From IMG/VR virus record IMGVR_UViG_3300034375_013346, positions 32,001 to 96,000 of that record: a stretch of 64,000 bases of DNA. One strand, written 5' to 3'. This document shows positions 36,301 through 45,674 of this stretch, in pieces. Made by a program: the position numbers and the translations under genes. How positions within the stretch are numbered: the first letter of the stretch is position 1; every line of letters starts with the position of its first letter. The DNA is from a virus. A model generated the notes under the pieces. That model saw only the letters and a program-made list of their open reading frames with translations, was not told the origin of the DNA and ran no database searches.

Positions 36301-38214
36301 TCATACATCCTTTATCAGATCGTTATAAAGGTTGGAAATCTCTCTCGGGACTAGCTTTTTAAATTTAGAAAAATCCCTATCTGCTAGGGTTTGTCTAACC
36401 TTAGTCCCTGATGTTCCTCTAGGAGTCTCCTCTAAAGAAAAGCCCGGACCTAGTTTGTCCTTTATATCGGATACCTTTATGTAATCGAGCTGCTTTGAAT
36501 AATCGTCAATTCTATCCTCCCCAGCACCAATCAATTGAGGATCATATCCCATAGAGATAAGTTTTGCAATTCCAGATCCCAAAAGTCCTCTGGTAATCAT
36601 CTCATATCCAGCGATCTCCTCGTTATTCTGAACAACGGAATCCATATATCTTTTAACCGTGGCAGGGTCGAATGGAGATTTGCCAGATTTATTATGTCCT
36701 GGATGAACCACCAAAAGATAAGAAGGGCTACCGTTCTTATCCATCATATATCTAGCCATCTTTAGATGTCCCGAATGGAATGGCTGGAATCTCCCCATAA
36801 TAACATTGATCTTTCTCGACACATCCTCATTATCCTCTCTCACCTCAGAAATTCCCACCTCCTTAGGTGAACTAGTATCGATAGTTTCCAAGGCACTTAT
36901 AAATTCATCATAAGAATGGAAGTGGTCCTCGTCACTATCGGATAAATCGTCTTCCTCCTTTAAATAATTAACCGGTGCTATAAACTCCTTTCTAAACTCA
37001 TTAAAAGAGAAAAATTGAGACTCGTTAACCTTCTTTTTTGGTTTTTTGATGTGTTCCTTTATCTGATTGATGAGAGAATTGAGTTGATCCTTCATCCCTG
37101 GGGTAATGATACCTCCTGCTCTGGTCTTAATTTTTCTGAATGAATTGAGCATTAGCTTAAATAGGGCTTCAAAAGAATCATCCTTCTTAACCAGCTTAAG
37201 AACCCTGCTATCTTTAATCATATCAAGATTCAATCTAAATTCATCTCTTTTAAGATAATCTGGTTCCTCAAAATCAGTACCACTATATTTCTTAGAATAC
37301 AGATCCAAAAACCTCACAAAGACCTCGGACATGAATGAAATATACCTCTCATCGTCAGTTTCACCCTCAACCTCAAATGAATCTATACCCTCCTCGAGAA
37401 TAAAATTCATCACATCCATGATAGTGATTCCCAAAAAATCGCTAGGTTTCTTCGATCTCCTCTCCTGGGCTTTCTGCTTAGCCAGTTCAGTAAAAACCGG
37501 ATCCACCATCTTGGCTAGTACAGTGTCATTTTCCTTATCAGGTTCTCCAAATCTAAAAACTATTCCCTCAACATCCTTATCAAGATCATCATTCAGAGCT
37601 GTCTTAGTAAGACCTGGATTTAGAGTCTTTATTATAAATCGGACAAAACTATTTGTACGGAATTTCTCGACCAACTCCTTGAACGGGGTTTCCATGAATT
37701 CCATCAGTTCCGACTTTTGCTCTTCGTCAAGTCTTCCCTGGAATATAATCGGAGGTTTTTCAACACCCAGGAGATCCGCCCAATTGTTTAATTCGTCCTT
37801 ATCTTGTACGGTTTTCTTGATTTTACCCCCGTCACCCATCTGGTGTACGTAGGAAAGTATCAGATTGTTCTTTGGTATACGATCATACACAATTTCCACT
37901 GGGGATTTATTGGCAAAGTATTCAAGACCAAATCTCCATCCTCTTGGTATTCTCTCTAGGATATGGGGAGGGAGGGACTCTATGTATTGTATAGGCTTCT
38001 CATAATACTTCATGAGGGTCCTATCCACTAAGGTTATTGGATTTCTCTGGTCCCTTCTATAAAACCTGAACTTCCCGCTTTCCCTATCCCTTTCGAAAGA
38101 AAATGCAGACCCGTCCATCTTCTCGTTAATAGTCACAAACTGGTTGAAGAGTTGATTTATAAAATCAGATCCCTTCTTATTGTACATGTCATATAGATGA
38201 TTAATCCCTGCCAT
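36301..38214 (-). CDS. Fusion: ATP-dependent RNA-ligase-like domain plus HIGH-family (cytidylyl/NMN-adenylyl) nucleotidyltransferase
   Basis: Ligase motifs EKMDGS, LEYF, PIIFQG, EGIVFR, AKMV; C-terminal GRFQPFHSGH, GEDR, SGTKVR. Confidence 0.75.
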   Translation of the reverse strand: MAGINHLYDMYNKKGSDFINQLFNQFVTINEKMDGSAFSFERDRESGKFRFYRRDQRNPITLVDRTLMKYYEKPIQYIESLPPHILERIPRGWRFGLEYFANKSPVEIVYDRIPKNNLILSYVHQMGDGGKIKKTVQDKDELNNWADLLGVEKPPIIFQGRLDEEQKSELMEFMETPFKELVEKFRTNSFVRFIIKTLNPGLTKTALNDDLDKDVEGIVFRFGEPDKENDTVLAKMVDPVFTELAKQKAQERRSKKPSDFLGITIMDVMNFILEEGIDSFEVEGETDDERYISFMSEVFVRFLDLYSKKYSGTDFEEPDYLKRDEFRLNLDMIKDSRVLKLVKKDDSFEALFKLMLNSFRKIKTRAGGIITPGMKDQLNSLINQIKEHIKKPKKKVNESQFFSFNEFRKEFIAPVNYLKEEDDLSDSDEDHFHSYDEFISALETIDTSSPKEVGISEVREDNEDVSRKINVIMGRFQPFHSGHLKMARYMMDKNGSPSYLLVVHPGHNKSGKSPFDPATVKRYMDSVVQNNEEIAGYEMITRGLLGSGIAKLISMGYDPQLIGAGEDRIDDYSKQLDYIKVSDIKDKLGPGFSLEETPRGTSGTKVRQTLADRDFSKFKKLVPREISNLYNDLIKDV

Positions 38215-38219
38215 TCTTA

Positions 38220-38672
38220 TTAATTATAGTTTATATCCGGGCTATCAGAGCTAGATTTAACAAAGTGAGGACCAAACTGCAAATCCATCTCGGATTTGGC
38301 CTTCCCAATTACTATTAGATAACCTATACCTTGTATGAGAGTTTCCAAAAGAATTTTCGATTTATTTCTGAGGTCTTTCTTATACAAATCTGATAGCTCT
38401 AGGAGAAGCTTGTCCAAATCCGGATCGGTGTCTTCCCTTTCACTCGCTATGAGATCAAATATCTCCCTCTCCATGGTATAAACAATCTCATCCTCTAATA
38501 AAATATCCCATTCGCCATCGCTGTTCTCCGACAAAACTCCATGGTTACCCAATATGGTAGAGAATTCTATCGTATCCCCGTCTCTTCCCACTAGTAAAGG
38601 TGAATCTTTTTCCAGGAACACCTCAAGAGCTCCGTACATCAAATCGTTATGTTTGCTAGTAAAATTCATCAT
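38220..38672 (-). CDS. Hypothetical protein
   Basis: 150 aa acidic ORF in operon. Confidence 0.7.
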   Translation of the reverse strand: MMNFTSKHNDLMYGALEVFLEKDSPLLVGRDGDTIEFSTILGNHGVLSENSDGEWDILLEDEIVYTMEREIFDLIASEREDTDPDLDKLLLELSDLYKKDLRNKSKILLETLIQGIGYLIVIGKAKSEMDLQFGPHFVKSSSDSPDINYN

Positions 38673-39580
38673 CTAACTTCCATCGGGATTTCATAACCAC
38701 CATTCTTTAGATATCGAATGAGGTCCTCCTTTATTGATTCCATCTTGTCAGAGTGTATAAAATCAGGGGAAGAAACTATAGACCATACATCCTCGAATGT
38801 TTTTACGTCATTCTCGTTAAAACCTTTACCGAGTATCATTTCTATAAACTCCTGTGGATCCCTTGTTATGAACTCTGTGCTCCCGCTCACAGTTTTGGGG
38901 TTTTTGAGCCTCTTGGTCGCTCCTTTAAAACTCTTCTTGTTCTTAAATATCCCATCACTGAGACGGAGTGCGTATGAATAATAATCCTCAATCTCACCAT
39001 CGGAATCTTCCGAGATTACCTCCTTCAACGAAGATAATATCGCTTGAAAAAGCCAGTTACGGTGTGCAGACTTATATTTACTCTCATTTTTCCTATAGTC
39101 AGGAGAATAGAAAATAAACTTGGCCCAATCCATATCAGATAGAGGAATAAGATCTAGCTGTACTATGCCCAAATTAGGATCTCCCTCTATAGGCCACCCT
39201 ATCGAAATAACATTTATACCCTTCATGAGCTTCATATCAGGAACAAAGCCCAATTTGTCCGGAAGCTCATCCAGAAGCTTATTGTAAATAAATTCTAGTA
39301 CACCGTCCGCGTTTGTGCTGTACTTTCTAGCTATAAAACTCTTATCTATCCCGAGGTCTATATCACCAGAAGTTTCATCACCACCTTTTTTTTTACCAAC
39401 ACTTCCTATAACCAGATAATCCTTACCAATCTCACCATCACCAATAAGGGGGAAAAGTACCTCCTTTATAGATTCAAGAGTACCAGGTACCTCCCTCTCT
39501 TTTATTCTCCGGGAGAACTTTATGGCTGCTCCGCCTTCGAATAGTGCTATGAATTTTTTATAAGAATATATTCTGTCCAT
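38669..39580 (-). CDS. Pol-beta superfamily nucleotidyltransferase with CTS-like N-terminus
   Basis: IGS..SGDIDL and VQLDL third Asp; MDRIYSYKKFIALFE. Confidence 0.75.
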   Translation of the reverse strand: MDRIYSYKKFIALFEGGAAIKFSRRIKEREVPGTLESIKEVLFPLIGDGEIGKDYLVIGSVGKKKGGDETSGDIDLGIDKSFIARKYSTNADGVLEFIYNKLLDELPDKLGFVPDMKLMKGINVISIGWPIEGDPNLGIVQLDLIPLSDMDWAKFIFYSPDYRKNESKYKSAHRNWLFQAILSSLKEVISEDSDGEIEDYYSYALRLSDGIFKNKKSFKGATKRLKNPKTVSGSTEFITRDPQEFIEMILGKGFNENDVKTFEDVWSIVSSPDFIHSDKMESIKEDLIRYLKNGGYEIPMEVR

Positions 39581-40063
39581 TTATACGTCAAAATATTTTT
39601 CAGCTCCAGAGATATAGTCGGAATATATTCTCTCCTCCCTATTTTTTGGGTTATTAATATCATATTTACCGCCGAAGGTTTTCTTTCCTTTTATTACCGC
39701 ATCGGTGTAAAATTCTTCGTAATCTTTTTGCTTGTTTCTACCAGAAGTCCTAATTCCATCACCCCATTTAGAGAGTATCTCGTCTCTATTTTTTTCCAGC
39801 GATCCGTCATCCATTTTGGAGATATCCTCCTTTTTGAAAACATCAGCAATACCCCTGCTAACTCCAGTGATAGCATTTATAGTCCTGGAAAGTAACCTCC
39901 CTGCTGCTCCGCCCTCGTCGTAAACAGTTTGGTATACCTTTTCCTCCGGGGTTTGGGCCTCAATCCTCTTTCTGATTGCTCTGATTCTATCTTCAGCGGA
40001 GAGAGGTGAATATGAGTAATCATCCTCGTTCAGGAATGAATAAAAGCTCTTCAAGTTATTCAT
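39581..40063 (-). CDS. Hypothetical protein with CTS-like N-terminus
   Basis: MNNLKSFYSFLNE from ATG 40063; GATATATA at 40085-40092. Confidence 0.72.
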   Translation of the reverse strand: MNNLKSFYSFLNEDDYSYSPLSAEDRIRAIRKRIEAQTPEEKVYQTVYDEGGAAGRLLSRTINAITGVSRGIADVFKKEDISKMDDGSLEKNRDEILSKWGDGIRTSGRNKQKDYEEFYTDAVIKGKKTFGGKYDINNPKNREERIYSDYISGAEKYFDV

Positions 40064-40103
40064 GATAGCGCATTTTTTGTACACTATATATCCCACGATA
40101 AGG

Positions 40104-41627
40104 TTAAAGCTTTACCTTGAATATCTTATACCTGAAATTCTCGTTCTTGTAGATCTGGATTCGAGCCTCCCCGTGCTTCATGAGGTAGTTATTGTATTTA
40201 GCTGTGCTGAAATCATCCACGAAATCAATCACATTAACCTTTTCCTTCCCTTCCATTTTTCTCATCCCCCTGCCCAAGCTTTGCTTTATCAGTACCTCGC
40301 TTTTATAGGATTCAACCAGGAATATATTGTGAAGATTATTAATGGAAATACCAGTAGAAAAGGTTCCATACGTAGCAACTAGAACCTTATTCTCTCCAGA
40401 GGACATCCGGTTTTTGTACTCCTCCCTCAGGGATTCGTCGGTATCTCCATCCACATAAAATACCTCCTTATTGTTAGTAATATCTCTAAGTCTATTCCAT
40501 ATCTGCTTCCCATATTCATCCTTAACTGACTGGAATAAGACCAGGGAATTTTTTGAAGTCCTCCCTATAAAGTCCACGATATACTTTAACCTCTTCTCGC
40601 TCTCTATTACGAGTTTTCTCTCGATATTATAAAGTTCGTTACCCTCCAGGTTCTGTGAATTAGACTTTAAATTGGCCAATTTTTCTTTGATCGATTTATC
40701 AAGCCAATCCAGCATAACGACCTTTATCTCCACCGGGGTAGCATGCTTGTTTTTAAACAGAAAATCCGGAGAAATCTCCACTATTACAGGTCCTAAAAAT
40801 TGCTGTATAGTAAGATGATCAGCAGATCCACGTTTAGTAAGGGTACCAGTAAGTCCAAATCTCCATCCACAGTGCATACATTTTGACACTATCTTTTTAA
40901 TCGACATGGAATTGGTGTGATGAGCCTCATCTACAAAGACACCATCAATCTCCTCAAAGAATTCCTTATCCTTCTTTACCAGGGACTGGAAGGTTCCTAT
41001 TATGAGATCACACCCTTCTCTCATCTTGCTTCCTCCACCGATCTGCTGTATTTTTACTCCCAGGTCATCAATTCCATAATCTATGAAGTCGTCATTTCCT
41101 TGGAAAACCAGGTTGGTATTTGGTACTATTACCATAAACTTCCTGATCAGTCCCATCTGCTTCAAATAAGCGAATATCATGAACGATATAAGGGTCTTAC
41201 CCGAGGATGTAGCAATTTCGGAAACTGAATATCTATATTTTACTATTTTCCAAGCAGCTTCCACCTGGTAGTCCCTGGGTTCGATCTCCTTATCCTTAAA
41301 AAAATCATCCACCCACGACTGGAAATCCTCTAGACTTAAATCGCTCAACAAGAGATCAGATAATCCTTCTATCTCCATCTCTATATTAAACTCCTTACCA
41401 ATCTCAAGAACCTCTCTCCAAAGTCCTATCGGGATTTTCCAAAAAGCACCTTTTTTCTCAACGAAGCATATACTCCCATCCCATATTTTTTTCTTAACCA
41501 GAGGGTGAAAGTACCAGTTGTGTATTTTTTTGGTTAACGAAAGCTCTATCTGTCTTTTTTCCACCTCGTCTGGTGAATGAACTAAAATAAGCCATTGTCT
41601 GTCTTCAGAGACGTTGAATTTTAGCAT
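40104..41627 (-). CDS. uvsW: SF2 DNA helicase
   Basis: WDGSI, PRDYQ, ATSSGKT, DEAH, GLTGT, STGISI, QSLGRGMR, DFVDD. Confidence 0.92.
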   Translation of the reverse strand: MLKFNVSEDRQWLILVHSPDEVEKRQIELSLTKKIHNWYFHPLVKKKIWDGSICFVEKKGAFWKIPIGLWREVLEIGKEFNIEMEIEGLSDLLLSDLSLEDFQSWVDDFFKDKEIEPRDYQVEAAWKIVKYRYSVSEIATSSGKTLISFMIFAYLKQMGLIRKFMVIVPNTNLVFQGNDDFIDYGIDDLGVKIQQIGGGSKMREGCDLIIGTFQSLVKKDKEFFEEIDGVFVDEAHHTNSMSIKKIVSKCMHCGWRFGLTGTLTKRGSADHLTIQQFLGPVIVEISPDFLFKNKHATPVEIKVVMLDWLDKSIKEKLANLKSNSQNLEGNELYNIERKLVIESEKRLKYIVDFIGRTSKNSLVLFQSVKDEYGKQIWNRLRDITNNKEVFYVDGDTDESLREEYKNRMSSGENKVLVATYGTFSTGISINNLHNIFLVESYKSEVLIKQSLGRGMRKMEGKEKVNVIDFVDDFSTAKYNNYLMKHGEARIQIYKNENFRYKIFKVKL

Positions 41628-41636
41628 GCATTTATT

Positions 41637-42089
41637 TTATTTTATAGTGCTACCCCTGAGGTAATCTTCCAGAGCTATCCTGGATTTTATCCCATATAGC
41701 ATATGGTCCACAGTTTGGATAGTCTGGTCTATAAACTTCCTATGTCCTTCCACCATTTCAATTTTACCAACGATCTCAGCCACGTCTCCCTCTATCAGGA
41801 CTTTGGTCTCATTGGATCCATACCTAACATCGCTGTTTTGGTTGTAGTCCTTAAGCTTAGCTGCTCTTGTTTGTCTTTCTCTCGAGCTCAACTTACTAAC
41901 TATTTGAGCTAGCTTGAAGCTGTATTCTAATAGAATTTGCCGTGTGGAAAACAGCTCGACCTGAGCCTCCGCTACAGTCTTAATGTTTTTAAGATTCAGC
42001 GATATAATCTGAATCTTTTCCCTCCATTCGAACCTTTCCTTCTCGAATAGCTTAGCATAATCAACCTTATCCGTCTGTTGTTCCGACAT
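41637..42089 (-). CDS. uvsY: Recombination mediator UvsY-like
   Basis: 150 aa helical protein immediately upstream of uvsW; C-terminal YGIKSRI pattern. Confidence 0.6.
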   Translation of the reverse strand: MSEQQTDKVDYAKLFEKERFEWREKIQIISLNLKNIKTVAEAQVELFSTRQILLEYSFKLAQIVSKLSSRERQTRAAKLKDYNQNSDVRYGSNETKVLIEGDVAEIVGKIEMVEGHRKFIDQTIQTVDHMLYGIKSRIALEDYLRGSTIK

Positions 42090-42090
42090 C

Positions 42091-42333
42091 CTAAAAAAGT
42101 TTATTTCCTTTGTTCCTATTTATATGGGATTTACCAAGTTTAATTTCTCTAACCTTCGAATTTACCATCCTTGGTTTAGAAATACTTAGAGATCCTTTAA
42201 CCTCACCGATATCCGATATGGACTCCCTATCTAGTATAGAGATCGGAAATTTTAAGCTACCAGTCTTGCTTCCGTCAAGCGATTCCTCCCATTCTTCAGT
42301 TCTGTCTATTGTTGGCATTTCAAAATTAAGCAT
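42091..42333 (-). CDS. Hypothetical protein
   Basis: 80 aa, overlaps the primase end. Confidence 0.6.
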   Translation of the reverse strand: MLNFEMPTIDRTEEWEESLDGSKTGSLKFPISILDRESISDIGEVKGSLSISKPRMVNSKVREIKLGKSHINRNKGNKLF

Positions 42334-43387
42334 CGATAAAATCTATTAGGTCGAGAACCTCGCCAGTGAAATAATTATCGAATCTTCTTATTTTTATTTT
42401 CTTGGCCCTTAGATAATTTACTATATCGTTCAGGTCCCATTTCTTATTTATCGGAAGATCGTGATCAGTCAGAAATTTCTTCCAATTAAAAACACTAAAT
42501 CCCTTGGAAAGGAGCTCAGAATTTTTAGCTCTTCCCGCACGATCCCAGTCATACCAATACCTTATATTCTCCATCTCGAAGGGAAATTTATTCTCGACTG
42601 AACACAAAGCAACCGAATTTTTCCACAACCAGGAATCCATCGGTCCCTCGAATATCGTTATTGTGTGATCAAAAGAAACAGTCCCCACATTAAAAACGCT
42701 GGATACAGGATCTATCTTCCTGGCTTCTTCAAGAAATTCATTGTCGGTAACACCCAACATTTTTTCCCATATCCCGCTGAGTTTATATGTATAGTATTTT
42801 GAACCATAGTTTGAAGACATATTCCTAAACTGAAGACCCAGTATCTCATTATTCCTTGTCAGGTTAAAAAGATATAGCTTCTGGTCCTCTTCGCTCCATG
42901 CAAACTTTTGATCTGGTATTTGGTTTCTTCTTCTAAGATATCTCTCCATCTTGCTACCAGCAACCTCCAACAATCCCATCTTCTCCATGAAAATGGCTCT
43001 AGGAATAACCACCTTGCTAAAATCAGTGTCAAAGAAAAGGGAGATATCCACATCCCCGTATATCTTTCTTCTCTTTTCCTTCCCATTTTGTATGATATCA
43101 AGTATATCAGCTTTCTCTTTTTTTTCAAGTCTCGATACCTCACCAAAATCCCTAAATAATGAGAATGCGTCCTTAAAGATCCCGCATCCTCCGTTGTAAC
43201 ACTTATAGGTTAATGTATCCAAATAGAAGTTACCCCTTTTCTTTCGGTAATTATTACTATCCCCACAATAAGGACAGGAAAAATTGAGCCTATTTCCAGC
43301 CTTGTATATTTTCCTGCGGTTGGGATCGTTAGGAAATCCCTTAATTAATACCCCGCCAATAAGCTCTTCAATTCTCCCTAAATCCAT
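42326..43387 (-). CDS. DNA primase (gp61-like)
   Basis: Zn ribbon CPYCGDS...KCYNGGC, TOPRIM FEGPMDS, DWD, WDLND. Confidence 0.9.
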   Translation of the reverse strand: MDLGRIEELIGGVLIKGFPNDPNRRKIYKAGNRLNFSCPYCGDSNNYRKKRGNFYLDTLTYKCYNGGCGIFKDAFSLFRDFGEVSRLEKKEKADILDIIQNGKEKRRKIYGDVDISLFFDTDFSKVVIPRAIFMEKMGLLEVAGSKMERYLRRRNQIPDQKFAWSEEDQKLYLFNLTRNNEILGLQFRNMSSNYGSKYYTYKLSGIWEKMLGVTDNEFLEEARKIDPVSSVFNVGTVSFDHTITIFEGPMDSWLWKNSVALCSVENKFPFEMENIRYWYDWDRAGRAKNSELLSKGFSVFNWKKFLTDHDLPINKKWDLNDIVNYLRAKKIKIRRFDNYFTGEVLDLIDFIDA

Positions 43388-43404
43388 TTAAAAAAATCTC
43401 TTTG

Positions 43405-43443
43405 AAAAAAAGAGGAACAGCTCCTTTGTGGCTGTTCCTCTTT
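43405..43443 (-). terminator. Rho-independent terminator
   Basis: 10 bp perfect stem GAGGAACAGC/GCTGTTCCTC with T7, after gp32. Confidence 0.88.
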
Positions 43444-43456
43444 AAGTGTTATAACC

Positions 43457-44404
43457 TTATAGGTCAGAGTAAAGATCGTCCAGAGAGGAAGCAGTTTCGG
43501 GGCTTGAAGGCTGCTTCAAAGGCTCTTCTTTGACTGATCCTACCTTAGTGGAAGATACCTCATTGTAGATATCATCCGATGTTTTGGTAGTCGGGGTCGA
43601 TGAAGAGGTCGTAACGTTAGCTCCAGACATCACTTCATTAACCATTCTACCGTCGGGGACGGTATTCTTGATAATGTTCATCACCCTCTCGGTAGTATTA
43701 TCGTCCCAATCTTTGTATTCAAAATTAGCAAGATTATCCGGACCTGTCTTCAGATATTCCAGAATGGTATTCATATCCTCCTTATTCTTATCCATCTTCT
43801 TGCCATCAATTTCTATCGGAGCATTGTTTCCTACAAACTGACATAGATCATAGTTATTCCATTCCCCCACCTTTCTAGAATGAATTGAGAATAGCTTACC
43901 TTCAAAGAGATCGTACGGGTTACATGGATCTCCATACTCGGGCTTAAGCTGAGACTCAAGCATATCATTGATCTTCCTTCCAAATTTGAAAGTCATGATC
44001 TTTCCCTCTAGTTCCGGATTATTCTTATCCTGAACAATCTGAATCAGCGAATAGTAGTCTTCCTTTCTTGAGAAATTCCTTGCCAGATCCTGATCGGCAG
44101 CGGAATTGGAATTCTTAAGCTTCCAAAAAATGTCCTTAAGCACTGATTTTTTACCTACGGTAGAAGGGCAATCTACTGGAAACCCTTCTCCAGTTGCAGG
44201 ATCGTTTAAATACACGTAGTACTTTTGAATTTTGGATTTAGACGGATCTACGTGGTTTGGCAAAAATCTAATCAAAGATTTATAAACCCCGTCTTTTCCA
44301 TTTTCCGGGTATGGCTTGTAAAACTCTAAATCCCTCGAATCCTCTTTCTTGGTCTTCGTTACGAAGTTTTCAACGTCTAAGTTGAAGATGTCTAAATTAC
44401 TCAT
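43457..44404 (-). CDS. Single-stranded DNA binding protein (gp32-like)
   Basis: LIRFLP, CPST.G, DKNNPELEGK..FKFG.KI, PYDLFEG, NYD, acidic tail LDDLYSDL. Confidence 0.9.
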   Translation of the reverse strand: MSNLDIFNLDVENFVTKTKKEDSRDLEFYKPYPENGKDGVYKSLIRFLPNHVDPSKSKIQKYYVYLNDPATGEGFPVDCPSTVGKKSVLKDIFWKLKNSNSAADQDLARNFSRKEDYYSLIQIVQDKNNPELEGKIMTFKFGRKINDMLESQLKPEYGDPCNPYDLFEGKLFSIHSRKVGEWNNYDLCQFVGNNAPIEIDGKKMDKNKEDMNTILEYLKTGPDNLANFEYKDWDDNTTERVMNIIKNTVPDGRMVNEVMSGANVTTSSSTPTTKTSDDIYNEVSSTKVGSVKEEPLKQPSSPETASSLDDLYSDL

Positions 44405-44445
44405 TGTTCCTTTAATTTTGTTTTTTAAAATCCTTTATTTAATCT

Positions 44446-45231
44446 CTAAGTGTCCCAAAAGTTTCCCCTAGATTGTATATATCCCGAACTTTTTTTCATA
44501 TTGTTACTCCTATTTACCTCCTTGTGAGATAGCATATTCCCTCGGAGAGAAACTTGTAGATCACTCCTTATTATTTTATATCCGGATATAAGCAAATGGT
44601 TTCTTAATAGGGTTTCAGGGTGGAAAAAAACAGAATCTCTAGAAAGATAGTTTTCTATGCTTCTATACAATCCACAGTAGTGAGACATAGGATTTCTACC
44701 CCCATATGCTATTACATCGTTAATTCCACCCCTCCAATCAAACCCATGCGGAATATTTATTACTGACTTGTCAGGGTCGAAAAAAAGATCGTTATGGATC
44801 TTTATATCGAATCTACCTTTTATAACATAGTCATATTTCTTTCCCACGGAGCTCTCGTATTTTTCCATGAGGGAATATGAGGAGTCTATTTTATACCACA
44901 TACAGAATACCGACTGCGGGTTCATTTCACCATTCATCGGAGAATACTCATCATATAAGTTTGATCTTTCGAGGATTCTTGTTATGGAATCAGAATCAAA
45001 ATCCTCGGATAGCATCAGTTTGGGCTTATACATGGAGATAATATCACCAACCGAGAGACTATCACTAAGATTAGACGTATCTGCTTGTACTGTAGAATTT
45101 ATATGATCCGAAGGATTCCAGCACGAGATAAAAACATCGGGTGAATACACATCGAGTATTCTGCTCTTTATATATGGATAACATTCAAGGCCCTCTCTAA
45201 ATTGACCAGAAAGAAGTAAAGCAACCCTCAT
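44446..45231 (-). CDS. Putative glycosyltransferase (MKIALxxSGxxR-type)
   Basis: MRVALLLSGQFR, DVFISCW, MWYKI, YDYVIKGRFD, INDVIAYG, HPETLL. Confidence 0.65.
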   Translation of the reverse strand: MRVALLLSGQFREGLECYPYIKSRILDVYSPDVFISCWNPSDHINSTVQADTSNLSDSLSVGDIISMYKPKLMLSEDFDSDSITRILERSNLYDEYSPMNGEMNPQSVFCMWYKIDSSYSLMEKYESSVGKKYDYVIKGRFDIKIHNDLFFDPDKSVINIPHGFDWRGGINDVIAYGGRNPMSHYCGLYRSIENYLSRDSVFFHPETLLRNHLLISGYKIIRSDLQVSLRGNMLSHKEVNRSNNMKKSSGYIQSRGNFWDT

Positions 45232-45671
45232 TGATACCTTTCTATATAGTCACTACAGACACCCATACACAGGGAGATATCCTCCCCGTGGATCTCGGGC
45301 ATAACAGCTATGCTTCCTTCTATAGGTTGGTTACCAACAAGAGCCCATCTATATCCTTTGCTAGTAAAGACAACATCATCAGAATCATGCATAAAATAGT
45401 TCAGCACGTTCCCCTTAGGATCCATAACGGAAAGTTCCCTGAAGGAAGGGATATTCTTGCAGTGTATCCAAAGCTTTTCGGAGTGTTCAACCAAGAAGGA
45501 GTACTGTGTGTCATACTGCGGTCTATCATGGCCAAGTTTAAAAAGCCCATCAACAAACCATAAATCTATCTCAACGTCATATTTTTCCATTGCTTTCAAA
45601 ATATAATCAGTCGAGTTTTCCCTCTCAGGAGATGACCCGTTTACATTACCCCGGTGAGATATAAGTATCAT
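45228..45671 (-). CDS. Small GDPD-like phosphodiesterase
   Basis: ISHRGN, ENS, DVEID, LGHD, WIHCKN, GVCSD. Confidence 0.75.
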   Translation of the reverse strand: MILISHRGNVNGSSPERENSTDYILKAMEKYDVEIDLWFVDGLFKLGHDRPQYDTQYSFLVEHSEKLWIHCKNIPSFRELSVMDPKGNVLNYFMHDSDDVVFTSKGYRWALVGNQPIEGSIAVMPEIHGEDISLCMGVCSDYIERYQ

Positions 45672-45674
45672 CAA

